A model generated the notes under the pieces. It saw only the letters and a list, made by a program, of their open reading frames with translations. It did not search any database and was not told the origin of the DNA. Positions 18,232-27,986 of a stretch of 64,000 nucleotides of DNA are shown piece after piece (the first letter of the stretch is position 1; every line of letters begins with the position of its first letter). The stretch spans positions 128,001 through 192,000 of the forward strand of contig CAVYSE010000028.1 in NCBI GenBank assembly GCA_963771075.1, given 5' to 3'. A program made the position numbers and the translations under genes. The stretch is from a candidate division FCPU426 bacterium (GTDB lineage: Bacteria > Oederibacteriota > Muellerivitia > Muellerivitales > Muellerivitaceae).

Positions 18232-19986
18232 CTAGGCCCTGTTTCTGGAAGCGCTCAACCCGACCCAACCCACCAACAGGAATTCCAACGCCACAAAGGC
18301 GCAGACGTAAGGTAGCCCGCCCTTGGAGAACCCGTAACTGTGAAGCCCCACACCCAGGATGAAGTTGACTCCGTACCAGGCCATCAAAACGCCCAGAAAA
18401 GCTGAGACTACGCCGATCGTAAAACCCACATCCTTCAGCCAGCCCGAGAGCCTCCCATGGAGGATGGCGACATAACCCAGAAGGGCGATCAAGGCCCAGG
18501 TTTCCTTGGGGTCCCATCCCCAGAACCGGCCCCAGGAATAATTGGCCCAAACCCCCCCCAGGATGGTCCCCGCCGCCAACAACACTACCCCCACCTGCAC
18601 CACCCGGTACAGAAGCCGGGTTTGCCGTTTCAGCCTTTCCGGGTCCTTCCCGTGTTTCCAGATGGTCCAGAGGCAGACATGGCCGATCCCCAAGGAAAGC
18701 AGGAAGGCCGCGTAACTTAAGGTGATGGTCAAGACGTGGATGGTCAGCCAATAATTGCTCCGCAGGACCGGCTCCAGGGGTTGGATGGAAGGGTCCAGCA
18801 CCGTGGGGACGTTGTCCGCCAGTACGAACCCGACGACCGCCATAACCGAACCCGCAACGGCAAACTGCCGGTTCTTGAAGATGAGCTCGAAGACCAGAGC
18901 GAAAACCGTCATGCCGAAAGTCACCCAGATCAGCGACTCGTACATGTTGGAAACGGGGGGCCGTCCCGCGATCATGCACCGCAGGGTGAAACCATAGGCG
19001 CTTAAAAGAATGCCCCCGATGAACAGGACAAAACCCGGCCAATAGGCAAAACGCGCGCCCATTAAGATGGAGAGGCCCATCAGGAGAAAGGCGCCCAGCT
19101 GGATGATCCAGGCCCAACGGAAGGGCTTGGCGGAGTTGTACTGGATTTCGAGGGAGATCTTGCCCGGGTCGGGCCATTCCTTTCCTCCCACCTGCTGGAG
19201 CAATTGGTAAAATTGGTCGCAAGCTTGGGTGAAATCAGCGGCGTTCCCCGCCTTGTAGGACAACATCAGTTGGGCGAAAGAACCCAACAGTTCCTTGGCC
19301 GAATCCGGCATCTTGGCCCCGTCCCTTTGGTAAGCCTGCCGGAAATCATCCAGCGAGGCCCACTTTTGGGTTCCCGGATTGGGCAGGGGGATGATGGCGA
19401 GGGCCGACCCTGATTCGATCTCTTCCAACCGTTGCAGGCGTCCAAAGACCGCCAGGGCTTCCTTGTCCACCGCGTTCAGGCTTATCTTCTTTTCCTGCTT
19501 TTCATAGCATTGATTGGCATAGGCGATAAACCCGTCGTTATGGACCAGGGAAACCGGCATGGCCCTTTTCTGGTCTTTCGGTATGCCCAGCATGTCCTTG
19601 AGACCCAGGTTCTCCACCAGGACGCACTCTTTCATGTCCCAGGGGCCCGGTTGGGCGATCCATTGCATGAGGGTGTCGAGTGAATCCCGGCCCTCGAATC
19701 GCTCCCTTCCGGTCACCATGCGGACGCTTTCCCGCGCGAAGGTGTCCAAAGGCTTGACCCGCCCCCCATCCTGGATGGGAATTTTCCCCAGGGCGGAAAA
19801 ATCCATCGGCTCCGCGAACACCGGAATACAAAAGGCCAACAGCAAGGCGATTGAACCGCGAAGGCGCGAAGAAAGGCAATATTCCGATAAAACCTTTAAA
19901 CCATATTTAAGATTAACCCCGATCATGGTTGTTGGGATTTCTTCGCGGTTTCGCGGCGAATATTTTTCGTTTTCTTTTTTAGGCAT
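18232..19986 (-). CDS. ccsA: System II cytochrome c synthase CcsA (extended form)
   Basis: GRVKPLDT N-domain, GRPPVSNMYES, PVLRSNYWLTIHV, WWD motif WANYSWGRFWGWDPKETW, GLHSYG. Confidence 0.94.
   Translation of the reverse strand: MPKKENEKYSPRNREEIPTTMIGVNLKYGLKVLSEYCLSSRLRGSIALLLAFCIPVFAEPMDFSALGKIPIQDGGRVKPLDTFARESVRMVTGRERFEGRDSLDTLMQWIAQPGPWDMKECVLVENLGLKDMLGIPKDQKRAMPVSLVHNDGFIAYANQCYEKQEKKISLNAVDKEALAVFGRLQRLEEIESGSALAIIPLPNPGTQKWASLDDFRQAYQRDGAKMPDSAKELLGSFAQLMLSYKAGNAADFTQACDQFYQLLQQVGGKEWPDPGKISLEIQYNSAKPFRWAWIIQLGAFLLMGLSILMGARFAYWPGFVLFIGGILLSAYGFTLRCMIAGRPPVSNMYESLIWVTFGMTVFALVFELIFKNRQFAVAGSVMAVVGFVLADNVPTVLDPSIQPLEPVLRSNYWLTIHVLTITLSYAAFLLSLGIGHVCLWTIWKHGKDPERLKRQTRLLYRVVQVGVVLLAAGTILGGVWANYSWGRFWGWDPKETWALIALLGYVAILHGRLSGWLKDVGFTIGVVSAFLGVLMAWYGVNFILGVGLHSYGFSKGGLPYVCAFVALEFLLVGWVGLSASRNRA
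19856..19957. mobile_element. ~102-bp palindromic MITE-like element inside the 5' end of ccsA
   Basis: Arms CCGCGAAGGCGCGAAGAAA (19856-19874) and TTTCTTCGCGGTTTCGCGG (19938-19956) are 17/19 complementary; AT-rich core; GAA on both sides. Confidence 0.6.
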
Positions 19987-21439
19987 TGGCTTCCCCTTTT
20001 TTCCACGCGGGATTCTTGAACCAAAACATCAGGATGATCCCGAAAATCATGACCAGGCACCCGCCGTACTTTAAGACCAGGCCCGGGTCCCTGCCTACGG
20101 CGAAAACCGACACGAATTTCCCGTCCGGTTCCTTCGAATAGCTGGCCTGGAACACGGTGTATCCCCCCCGGTGGAGGGGATGGTTCATGTAAATCTGGGT
20201 GGGAACCTGGATCCCTTTCTCGGGGTCGAGCACATAAACATCGCTGGCGTAGGAGGCGGGCTTGTCCGTTCCCGGATCCAACCCCAGGTTGAACTTGACC
20301 AATTCCAGCCCGAAAGGAAGGTTCTGCTGGCGGGGGCCAAAAGCCACCGAGAAGGGCTTGCCGCCCAGGGTAAAGGTTTGCTGATTTTGATACCCGATCC
20401 AACCCTCGTGTTTTTCCGTCCCCCTCAAAATCTCATAATGCAGGGCCGGCTCAGGATCCCGCTGCTCGGGAAGGGGCTGGGGGTTGTATTGCTCGACCGG
20501 GACCGCCCTTTGCATTTTTTCCACCACCTTGAACTGCATGTCCATCCACCCCGTGGCGGTATCCACCCCCATCTTGAGAGGTTCAATGGAGGACCATTCC
20601 CCGCGATGGCGGATTTGGTATTTCAACACCGCCTGAGGGTACTCCAGCAGGGCAAGCGCGTTGGGAGGGAAGGCATGGGCGAATTTCCTGACCTTTTCTT
20701 TCCAATCCGCGATCGTCACGTAATAAACCGAGGCCGGGCCCAGGTCGACCTGCCCGTAATCCCGGTCTCCCAGGAAGAGCCATTGATCCTGGTTCACGAA
20801 GGAGCTGGCCAACACCACATGGATTGCGGGGGTGCGGATTTGCGGGTCCTGGGGGGCTTGGGCGCTGATGCTTTTCTGGGCGTTGAAGTAATATTGATTC
20901 ACCACCGCCAGGCCGCCATTTCCCAATTTGAACATTTTGGGATGGTCCGGGCTCGGGGGGCCGAAGGGAAACTGGGCCGAGAAACTTTCCGGTGCATTTT
21001 CCCCCTCTTGGGTGTAAAAGGTGGGTTTGTCTTCCTGGAAAACCTGCCCCGATTCCCCCTCGTTCAAGGCGATCTGTCCGTCATTTCCCCATTGCTGGGT
21101 CACCAGCGACCCCAAGAGAATGAAGATGATCCCCAAATGGGTGATCACGAAGCCGGTCTGGTGTTTTTTCCAGGGGTACCGGGATAGGGCCGAGCAAAGC
21201 ACATTGGAACCAAGGAGCATCAAAAAGGCGGCGAACCACCAGGTCGTGTAAACATAATGCTTGGCCGCCCAGGTGGAATACCGGGATTCCACGATGGTTC
21301 CGGCCGCCAACAAAACCGCCAGGATGAATAAAAGGGGAACCGCGAGTTGAAGGGATGACAGGATTTTAAAGGCTTTTTTGAGGAAAGAGCGCAACCAGGA
21401 ACCTCCGGTGATCAAGCGGGGGCTTATCTTAGGAGCCAT
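19979..21439 (-). CDS. ResB/CcsB-like cytochrome c biogenesis protein
   Basis: LSSLQLAV...GTIVES, GFVITHLG (conserved His), MNHPL...YTVFQASY, DPG...KYGG; adjacent to ccsA. Confidence 0.88.
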   Translation of the reverse strand: MAPKISPRLITGGSWLRSFLKKAFKILSSLQLAVPLLFILAVLLAAGTIVESRYSTWAAKHYVYTTWWFAAFLMLLGSNVLCSALSRYPWKKHQTGFVITHLGIIFILLGSLVTQQWGNDGQIALNEGESGQVFQEDKPTFYTQEGENAPESFSAQFPFGPPSPDHPKMFKLGNGGLAVVNQYYFNAQKSISAQAPQDPQIRTPAIHVVLASSFVNQDQWLFLGDRDYGQVDLGPASVYYVTIADWKEKVRKFAHAFPPNALALLEYPQAVLKYQIRHRGEWSSIEPLKMGVDTATGWMDMQFKVVEKMQRAVPVEQYNPQPLPEQRDPEPALHYEILRGTEKHEGWIGYQNQQTFTLGGKPFSVAFGPRQQNLPFGLELVKFNLGLDPGTDKPASYASDVYVLDPEKGIQVPTQIYMNHPLHRGGYTVFQASYSKEPDGKFVSVFAVGRDPGLVLKYGGCLVMIFGIILMFWFKNPAWKKGEANA

Positions 21440-21626
21440 AGCGGGTCAAAACAAGGCTTATGGGAACCTAATCATTCACCTCATGCCGACACTCTTTAAG
21501 GCATTTTTTAGGAGGTCTGTATAGTCCCGATTTCTTTGGCCCTTTGGCCAAAGGGGGACAGAGGCATTTACTAATAGCAGTAAAACCGAAAAACTAATTT
21601 CCAGAGTTGTCCTTATGCCCAGGCCA

Positions 21627-22055
21627 CTAGGGATTGACTGCCTGCGGCATTCGGAATACCGGTGTGGGGGTTGGGTCGGGTAAGGCGGGAAGACGCAAAT
21701 AAGCCCTTAAGCCCTTCACGAATTTCCGGAGTGGATCGCTATCCGGGTTAAGTTCCGATGCCTTTTGAAAGTTCTTCAGGGCTTCTTTGTAATCTTTTCT
21801 CATGTAATAAATGGTCCCGAGGGCCTGGTAAGCGGGCCAATAGGTGATGTCCTCATCTATCGCTGAATTGTAATAAGAAATCGCCAAGTCATATTGTTTT
21901 TTTTCAAAGGCCTGAGTCCCCATCCGTACGTAATCGGGCGCGTGTTCTTGTGCGAAAAGTATGTACGATACTAGAAAAAAACAGGACCCCGTCAAACATA
22001 AAACGAGGAATCGGATGGACTTTAATTTTGACTTTCTCAAGGGCAACTCTTTCAT
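21627..22055 (-). CDS. TPR-containing secreted/membrane protein
   Basis: Hydrophobic N-terminus, TPR-like helices (AYQALGTIYY...ALKNFQKASELNP), PTPTP tail. Confidence 0.75.
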   Translation of the reverse strand: MKELPLRKSKLKSIRFLVLCLTGSCFFLVSYILFAQEHAPDYVRMGTQAFEKKQYDLAISYYNSAIDEDITYWPAYQALGTIYYMRKDYKEALKNFQKASELNPDSDPLRKFVKGLRAYLRLPALPDPTPTPVFRMPQAVNP

Positions 22056-22150
22056 AGGTAACTGATTTTAGACGTTTTTACTTAAATCCTTGATAGTACA
22101 AGCGGCCTAGTCTTTCATCAAACCGGAACGCCCCTCATTTTTGGAGAATG

Positions 22151-23207
22151 CTATAAGTTGAAGTTGAGCCCCACATTAATTGGAAATTCGATGATGGTGT
22201 AACCGGGTGTTTGATAAGACAAGTTTAAAGCGGATACCGTCTCTGTCGCCCCACCGACCAAGATGAAATTAAATTTCCCCTCCGCAAAAAAATTCATGTT
22301 GTTTCCAGCTGGAAACTGGACCCCACCCCCTATTTGAGCCATGGGACAAAGGGTAGAGGAAGAGGGCATAGAGTAACCGTAACTATATTCAACCGTTCCA
22401 TTATATGTACCCCAATTCCGTCACCGACCCAGAGTTAGAAATCAAAGCAAACCCTAGCCCTCCGAGCAAGTACGGTTGGGTTTGGTTGCCGCCCCCCTCC
22501 CCCAGTCGATACTTTACTGCTGCGGCAATCTCGATATTGGTCTGATTGATCGTTTCTGTCACTCCCTCGTTTTCGCCGTATAGTGGGGCAGAATAATTGA
22601 AATTAGCGCCATAGGCGTAAACAGCCCCGTTAACGCCGATGGATAAATTGGAACCCATGGGAAAATAAACTCCCAGTCCGCCTCCGAAGCCGATCCCGAA
22701 CCCTCCTGCTAAAGACGGGAGGGTCATTCCAGTTCCCAAACTGCTAGGAAGTAGATCGGAGCCGCTCAAAGGTAAAGCCCCGCCAATCATTATGTCCAAT
22801 TCCGTTTTCTTTTCGCCGCCAGTGGCACCCCCAACAGCGGAAAAATTACTCGTTGGGAGCGAGGGATTAGCAGGATTGGAATTGACCTGGGTTTGAAGAT
22901 ATTGAATGACCGGGTCCAACTGGGTCAGGCTCGGGTTGAGGGTCTTGGCTCTCTGGTAGGCGGCCAAAGCTTCCGGTTTTTGGCCCAGATAGTAATAGCA
23001 ATTCCCTAAACCCTGAAAGGCCGCCGTGTTGGAGGGATCCAGCGTGGTCGCGTATTTGTAATAGGTAATGGCCTTGGTGTAATCCTTGGCGGCGTAAAGC
23101 TGGTTTCCGTAATTGAGGTAGGCGGCAGCGTTGGGAGTTTGGGCGGAGAGAGGAATCTGGATAACAAAAATCATGAGAATAAAGGCAACGGCCAACAATC
23201 GTTTCAT
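22151..23207 (-). CDS. TPR + outer-membrane beta-barrel protein, split by a frameshift near 22410
   Basis: Signal peptide, TPRs, then barrel strands. The reading continues in another frame (WGTYNGTVEY...PINVGLNFNL) to a typical barrel C-terminus. Confidence 0.72.
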
Positions 23208-23386
23208 AAAAACCCTCCAAATCAAATTTACGGGTAAACACAGCAAACAGGAACGAAAGGAATCTATTTCAATTTAAGCTAAAACCAAAAAAGTTTTAAA
23301 CGTTTTAACGCCACCCAAAAGCAAAAGGATTATACCACCCCCAAAAAGGGCTAAAAATCAGGAAAATTCGATTACCTCAGCGGGTT

Positions 23387-24124
23387 TTAAGGAATGGATT
23401 CCTGAACAGATTCACCCAGGTAAGCTTCTTTCACCTTTGGATCAGCCAAAACCTGGGCGGCGGGACCTTCCAACAGGATGGACCCTGTCTCCAAAACATA
23501 GGCGTAATTCGAAATTTCAAGCGCTAATTGGGCGTTTTGCTCCACCAATAGAATGGTCGTTCCATCCCGATTGATCTTTCCGATGATCTCAAAAATCAAC
23601 TCGATCGCCTGAGGAGCCAGTCCCAAGGAAGGCTCATCCAATAAGAGTAGCTGGGGCCGCGCCATGAGCGCCCGCCCAATGGCCAGCATTTGCTGTTCCC
23701 CACCGGAGAGGGTTCCGGCCGATTGGCCCCTTCTTTCCGAGAGCCTGGGAAAAAGGGAAAAGACATGATCCAGGTCCTTTTTTATTCCCGGCTTGTCCTG
23801 GCGGACGTAAGCGCCCAGGTCCAGGTTTTCTTCCACATTCAGGTTGGGAAAGATCCCCCGCCCCTCCGGGCATTGGACGATGCCCATCTTCACCCGAAGA
23901 TGCGGTTCTTTGCCGGATAAACTCTGGCCATGAAAGAATATATCGCCTTCCGTCGGCTTCGTTAAACCCGATATGGACCGAAGCACGGTGGATTTACCCG
24001 CCCCATTGGCCCCGATCAAGCTCACGATGGAACCCGAATCCACATGAAGGTTAACGCCCCGAAGGGCCTGGATGGACTCGTAATAAACACTTAGGTTTCG
24101 AATCTCAAGCAGGGGGTGGGTCAT
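23387..24124 (-). CDS. livF: Branched-chain amino acid ABC transporter ATPase
   Basis: GANGAGKST, PEGRGIFP, LSGGEQQMLAIGRALM, LLLDEPSLGLAP, LLVEQN. Confidence 0.94.
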   Translation of the reverse strand: MTHPLLEIRNLSVYYESIQALRGVNLHVDSGSIVSLIGANGAGKSTVLRSISGLTKPTEGDIFFHGQSLSGKEPHLRVKMGIVQCPEGRGIFPNLNVEENLDLGAYVRQDKPGIKKDLDHVFSLFPRLSERRGQSAGTLSGGEQQMLAIGRALMARPQLLLLDEPSLGLAPQAIELIFEIIGKINRDGTTILLVEQNAQLALEISNYAYVLETGSILLEGPAAQVLADPKVKEAYLGESVQESIP

Positions 24125-24909
24125 TTCTTTTTCCCCAGATAGGCTTCAATCACCTTAGTTTCGTTTTGAATTTCCTTGGGTGTGCCTTCCGCGATTTTGA
24201 TCCCGTGATCCATCACGTGGATGCGCTCGCAGATTCCCATGACCACCCGCATATCGTGCTCAATCAACAGGATGGAAAGTTGGAACTCATCCCGGATCTT
24301 GCGGATGACCCGGGTGAGCCAAAGGGTTTCCTGTGGGTTCATGCCCGCCGCTGGCTCATCCAAGAGTAATACCTTGGCACCCGTGGCCAGGGCCCGGGCG
24401 ATCTCCAGTTTTTTCTGGTCGCCATAGGGCAGGGCGCCCGCGAGCGTTCCGGCTCGGTGGGTCATTTCCAGGACCTCCATCAGGCGATAGGTTTCGGAAG
24501 CGAACCGGTTCTCCGCCTCGTGGAAACGTTTGGCCTGTAATAGCGCCGCGGGAAGGCTGTAGGGATCCTGATGGTGGAAAGCCACTTGGATATTGGCTTC
24601 CACCGTGAGTTCCTTGAAGAGGCGAATATTCTGGAAGGTTCGAACCAGGCCCAGGTGGGTAATCTGGTGGGTTTTGAGTCCCCGCAAGGAGTGTCCGTTC
24701 AGGAGGATCTCCCCGGCTTGGGGCCGGTAAATACCGGAAAGCAGGTTAAAGACGGTGGTCTTTCCCGCCCCATTGGGCCCGATGAGCCCCGCCAATTCCC
24801 CCTGGCGCAGGACAAGCGAGAAATCATCCACCGCCACCAACCCGCCGAAGGATAGGGTGATGTTTTCAGCTTCCAGGACCGTTTCCCGGCCGTCATGTTT
24901 CTTGATCAA
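24121..24909 (-). CDS. livG: Branched-chain amino acid ABC transporter ATPase
   Basis: FGGLVAV, GPNGAGKTT, RTFQNIRLF, LPYGDQK, LLDEPAAG, IEHDM; start uncertain (TTG at 24909, or ATG at 24896 with an indel). Confidence 0.93.
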   Translation of the reverse strand: MIKKHDGRETVLEAENITLSFGGLVAVDDFSLVLRQGELAGLIGPNGAGKTTVFNLLSGIYRPQAGEILLNGHSLRGLKTHQITHLGLVRTFQNIRLFKELTVEANIQVAFHHQDPYSLPAALLQAKRFHEAENRFASETYRLMEVLEMTHRAGTLAGALPYGDQKKLEIARALATGAKVLLLDEPAAGMNPQETLWLTRVIRKIRDEFQLSILLIEHDMRVVMGICERIHVMDHGIKIAEGTPKEIQNETKVIEAYLGKKK

Positions 24910-25295
24910 AAATCACCCCACCCAAAGTATGGGACAACAGGTCATGTCCAGGCAACGAAAACCCAACTTCCATCCCAAAGACGCAAGACACTCAGGACCT
25001 CTTGATTTCATACAACCATGAAAAAATTGATTTGCCTGGTGGAGTCCCCCGGGCAAGCCCGTGGAAATTCCACGAAGTCCATGACGACCTTCCATAAAAA
25101 TCGACTTTCAATGAAAATCGGTACAAGCTTCCAGCTTTTTAAAAAAATTCGTCTTTTCTTTGCGGATTAGTGTTGGATGGGCTTTTTTCTTTAAGTTGAT
25201 CTATAACGGCAACAGTTTATCCCAAGAAGGTTGGGCTTGACTCTTCCCCCGCGAAAAATGTGAATTGGAAGGCTGGACTTCAGCCCGGACGCTGG

Positions 25296-25301
25296 TAGAA
25301 T
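25296..25301 (+). promoter_or_regulatory. Extended -10 element upstream of the HAD gene (possibly leaderless)
   Basis: TGGTAGAAT ends 8 nt before the ATG at 25310; no Shine-Dalgarno. Confidence 0.45.
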
Positions 25302-25309
25302 CCCGCCGC

Positions 25310-25981
25310 ATGAAATCCCTCATCTTCGACTTCGACGGCCTCATCCTGGACACCGAAACGGTGATTTTCCAGGTTTGGAATGAGATCTACGCCACCTATG
25401 ACCGGCAATTGGCCTTGTCCGATTGGGCCTTTTGCATCGGCACTTCCCATCATGCTTTTGACGTATACGGCGACCTGGAGAAACAGATAGGAAAAGCCCT
25501 TCCCCGCGAGGAGATCAAGAAACGGCATCAAACCCGCGCCCAGGAATTATTAAGGGAAATGAAACCCCGCCCGGGGGTCCTGGAATACCTGAAAGAAGCG
25601 CAAAGACTGAACCTTTCCCTCGCGGTGGCTTCCAGTTCCCACCGGGATTGGGTGGAAAACCACTTGGATCAGCTTCATTTGAGGGATTATTTCCAGGTGG
25701 TCCGGACCGCGGATGACGTCAGGAAGGTCAAACCCGACCCGGAGCTGTATCTTTCCGCCTTGGAAGCCCTGGGGGAAAAACCCGGAGATGCCATCGCCTT
25801 TGAGGATTCCCCGAACGGCATTCGGGCCGCCCAAGCCGCCGGGCTTTTCTGCCTGGCGGTTCCTAATTCGGTGACAACCCGGTTGGACCTAACCCACGCC
25901 GACGACCGCCTGGAGTCCATGGCCGACCTACCCTTGGCGGACCTATTGGATCGGGTGGAGCTTTCCCGCGCAAAAGCCTGA
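25310..25981 (+). CDS. HAD-superfamily phosphatase (subfamily IA)
   Basis: IFDFDGLILDTE, ASSS, KPDPELY, FEDSPNG. Confidence 0.93.
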   Translation: MKSLIFDFDGLILDTETVIFQVWNEIYATYDRQLALSDWAFCIGTSHHAFDVYGDLEKQIGKALPREEIKKRHQTRAQELLREMKPRPGVLEYLKEAQRLNLSLAVASSSHRDWVENHLDQLHLRDYFQVVRTADDVRKVKPDPELYLSALEALGEKPGDAIAFEDSPNGIRAAQAAGLFCLAVPNSVTTRLDLTHADDRLESMADLPLADLLDRVELSRAKA

Positions 25982-26064
25982 GACTTTACCACCCAGGTAC
26001 AAAGACACCCAGAAAAACAAAAACAGATCCTGATTTTTACCGGTCTTCACAAAATTGTTTTTCC

Positions 26065-26721
26065 TTAACGCTTCGCGATGAGGATATTGGTCATGCCCCA
26101 GGGCTGGCGGAAATCCAGGGGCGTCAAAAGGGGCAGGAGAAAAGCGGGCGTCTTATTCGGGACGGTCATGCCGTGGGAAAAGGCCTCCATCACTTTCAGG
26201 CCGTTTTTTTCCAGCAAGCCCTTCAAATAACTTAACGAAAATTTCAAAGCGGAGCGTTCTTCCGCGACCAGCGCCGAAAAGAGACACATCAAGGGGTTCG
26301 CCCGGTTCGGTTCCATCACGACCACATATTTGCGGCTGACCCGGCGCATTTCCGAAAGGACCTTTCCAGGGTCCTCCACATGGTGTAAAAGCGCGTGGCA
26401 AAAAACCACGTCGAAGGCCATATCCTGGAAAGCCAGCCGGTTGGCGTCCATCCCGAATTTACTGTCCAAGGGGTTGGCTTGAAGCATCGCTTGAGAGTAG
26501 TCCACGCCCACGGTTTGGCAAATCTCACTGAAAGGCTGGGAGAAAAACCCATTACCACACCCCAGGTCCAAAAGCCTCTGCCCGGGTTGAATCTTCACGG
26601 TTTTCCGGATTTCCATGATTTTTGAAAGGGCGTAATGCCGCACGACCGGATGGCCGGGCGGACGGCGTTCGGCCAAGGCTTTTCTTTCCCAGTAATCCTT
26701 CTGAAACAAACCCTGGCTCAT
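26065..26721 (-). CDS. Class I SAM-dependent methyltransferase
   Basis: LLDLGCGNG, GVDYS, FDVVFCHALLHH. Confidence 0.9.
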   Translation of the reverse strand: MSQGLFQKDYWERKALAERRPPGHPVVRHYALSKIMEIRKTVKIQPGQRLLDLGCGNGFFSQPFSEICQTVGVDYSQAMLQANPLDSKFGMDANRLAFQDMAFDVVFCHALLHHVEDPGKVLSEMRRVSRKYVVVMEPNRANPLMCLFSALVAEERSALKFSLSYLKGLLEKNGLKVMEAFSHGMTVPNKTPAFLLPLLTPLDFRQPWGMTNILIAKR

Positions 26722-27566
26722 TCCGGGTTGGATTTCTGGAAATAAAAAAGATAGGAGCACAGCACAAAACCCGCCAGGGAAAAGCCGATCCAAAGGGTGA
26801 CCAAAAGATCGGTCGCGTCCCCCAGCAAGGCAGGTAGCTTTACCGAGGACAAGGCCAGGATCCCCAACAGGAACATGAGGAGGGTCGCCGCCTCCGGACT
26901 TAAAAGCGAAACCGGGTTAAAGCAAGAGATGAACCCCTTCAAGTATTTCTTGTCATTGAATTTGACCCGGGCCAACGGCAAATGGGGTGTGAGTTGGCGG
27001 ACCCGATATCCAAATAACCCGTAGGCCCCGATCAAATAAACCATCGCGAATACGATCCCGTAATCCAACCCTTCCCCCCCCTTCACGATCAGGGTGATCG
27101 CGGATAGCCCGAGGGTCGGCAGAAAAAAAGATTGAAAGAGCGAAAACAGGGTTTCCAGCTTCTGGATCTTTCTCAAGAGGCCCGGCTCCTCAATGACGAA
27201 TCCGAATCCAACGGCTCCCCAGGGGTAATAATGCCAGATGCCTTCCGGATTTTGCTGGAGGTAAAGGGAACCCAACAGTTCGAAGAGCCGGTTCGGGTTG
27301 GGAAAGGCTCCCGATGGTGGTTCAATGGGCTTGGGAAGAGATGGATCAGGGCTTGCTTCCCCCTTTTCCGGGGCGGCCAGGGGCCCGGAAGATTCCAGAG
27401 CCGCTGCTTCTGTGGCTTTTCGGGTAGCTTCTTCCGCCGCCTTTTGGGCTTCCGCCTGCTTTGATTTCCATTTGGAGAACACAAGGCCGCAATACTCACA
27501 GTCCAGCCTAGTCTCCGGCTGTTCAAAACCACAGGTTGGGCATTTCATCTGTTTTCTTTCCCTCAT
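26718..27566 (-). CDS. Membrane protein with N-terminal zinc ribbon
   Basis: CPTC...CEYC followed by a low-complexity linker and about four TM segments; overlaps both neighbours. Confidence 0.65.
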   Translation of the reverse strand: MRERKQMKCPTCGFEQPETRLDCEYCGLVFSKWKSKQAEAQKAAEEATRKATEAAALESSGPLAAPEKGEASPDPSLPKPIEPPSGAFPNPNRLFELLGSLYLQQNPEGIWHYYPWGAVGFGFVIEEPGLLRKIQKLETLFSLFQSFFLPTLGLSAITLIVKGGEGLDYGIVFAMVYLIGAYGLFGYRVRQLTPHLPLARVKFNDKKYLKGFISCFNPVSLLSPEAATLLMFLLGILALSSVKLPALLGDATDLLVTLWIGFSLAGFVLCSYLFYFQKSNPE

Positions 27567-27880
27567 TTACCCAGGGTCATGCAAAGTCCACCCGCCACCA
27601 CCAGCGCCCCGCCCCACCATCTCTCGGGAGGGATGGTTTCCTTGAAGACAAAATAGCTCAAAACTTGGGATATCACGAAAAACAAAGTGATATAAACCCC
27701 CAGAAGCCTCCCAAAGTCCCATTTGGGGAGATTCACGGTCAAGCCATACAAGAATAATACCCCCGCGCCGAGCAAAAACCCCAGGATTCTTCCGGATTTC
27801 AGTCCCCATCGCACCAAGGCATCACCCCCGCTTTCCAGCAGAGCGGCCAACGCCAAAACAATAATGACCTTTAAATCCAT
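27563..27880 (-). CDS. Small multi-pass membrane protein (YnfA/SMR-like)
   Basis: 105 aa, four hydrophobic helices, LLESGGD, FGRLLGVY. Confidence 0.7.
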   Translation of the reverse strand: MDLKVIIVLALAALLESGGDALVRWGLKSGRILGFLLGAGVLFLYGLTVNLPKWDFGRLLGVYITLFFVISQVLSYFVFKETIPPERWWGGALVVAGGLCMTLGK

Positions 27881-27986
27881 GGTTTCTTCCTTTTCATTAT
27901 TAGTCTTCAAGAATCCAAACCTATTTTCCACCCCCACGATGCGCCCCCAAAAACAGTGAATCGTGGTGGTGAAAATTCGGTTTTTA

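Noticed and set aside
25040..25070. IS200/IS605-type end hairpin
   Set aside because: Single imperfect hairpin with no tnpA, tnpB or iscB nearby.
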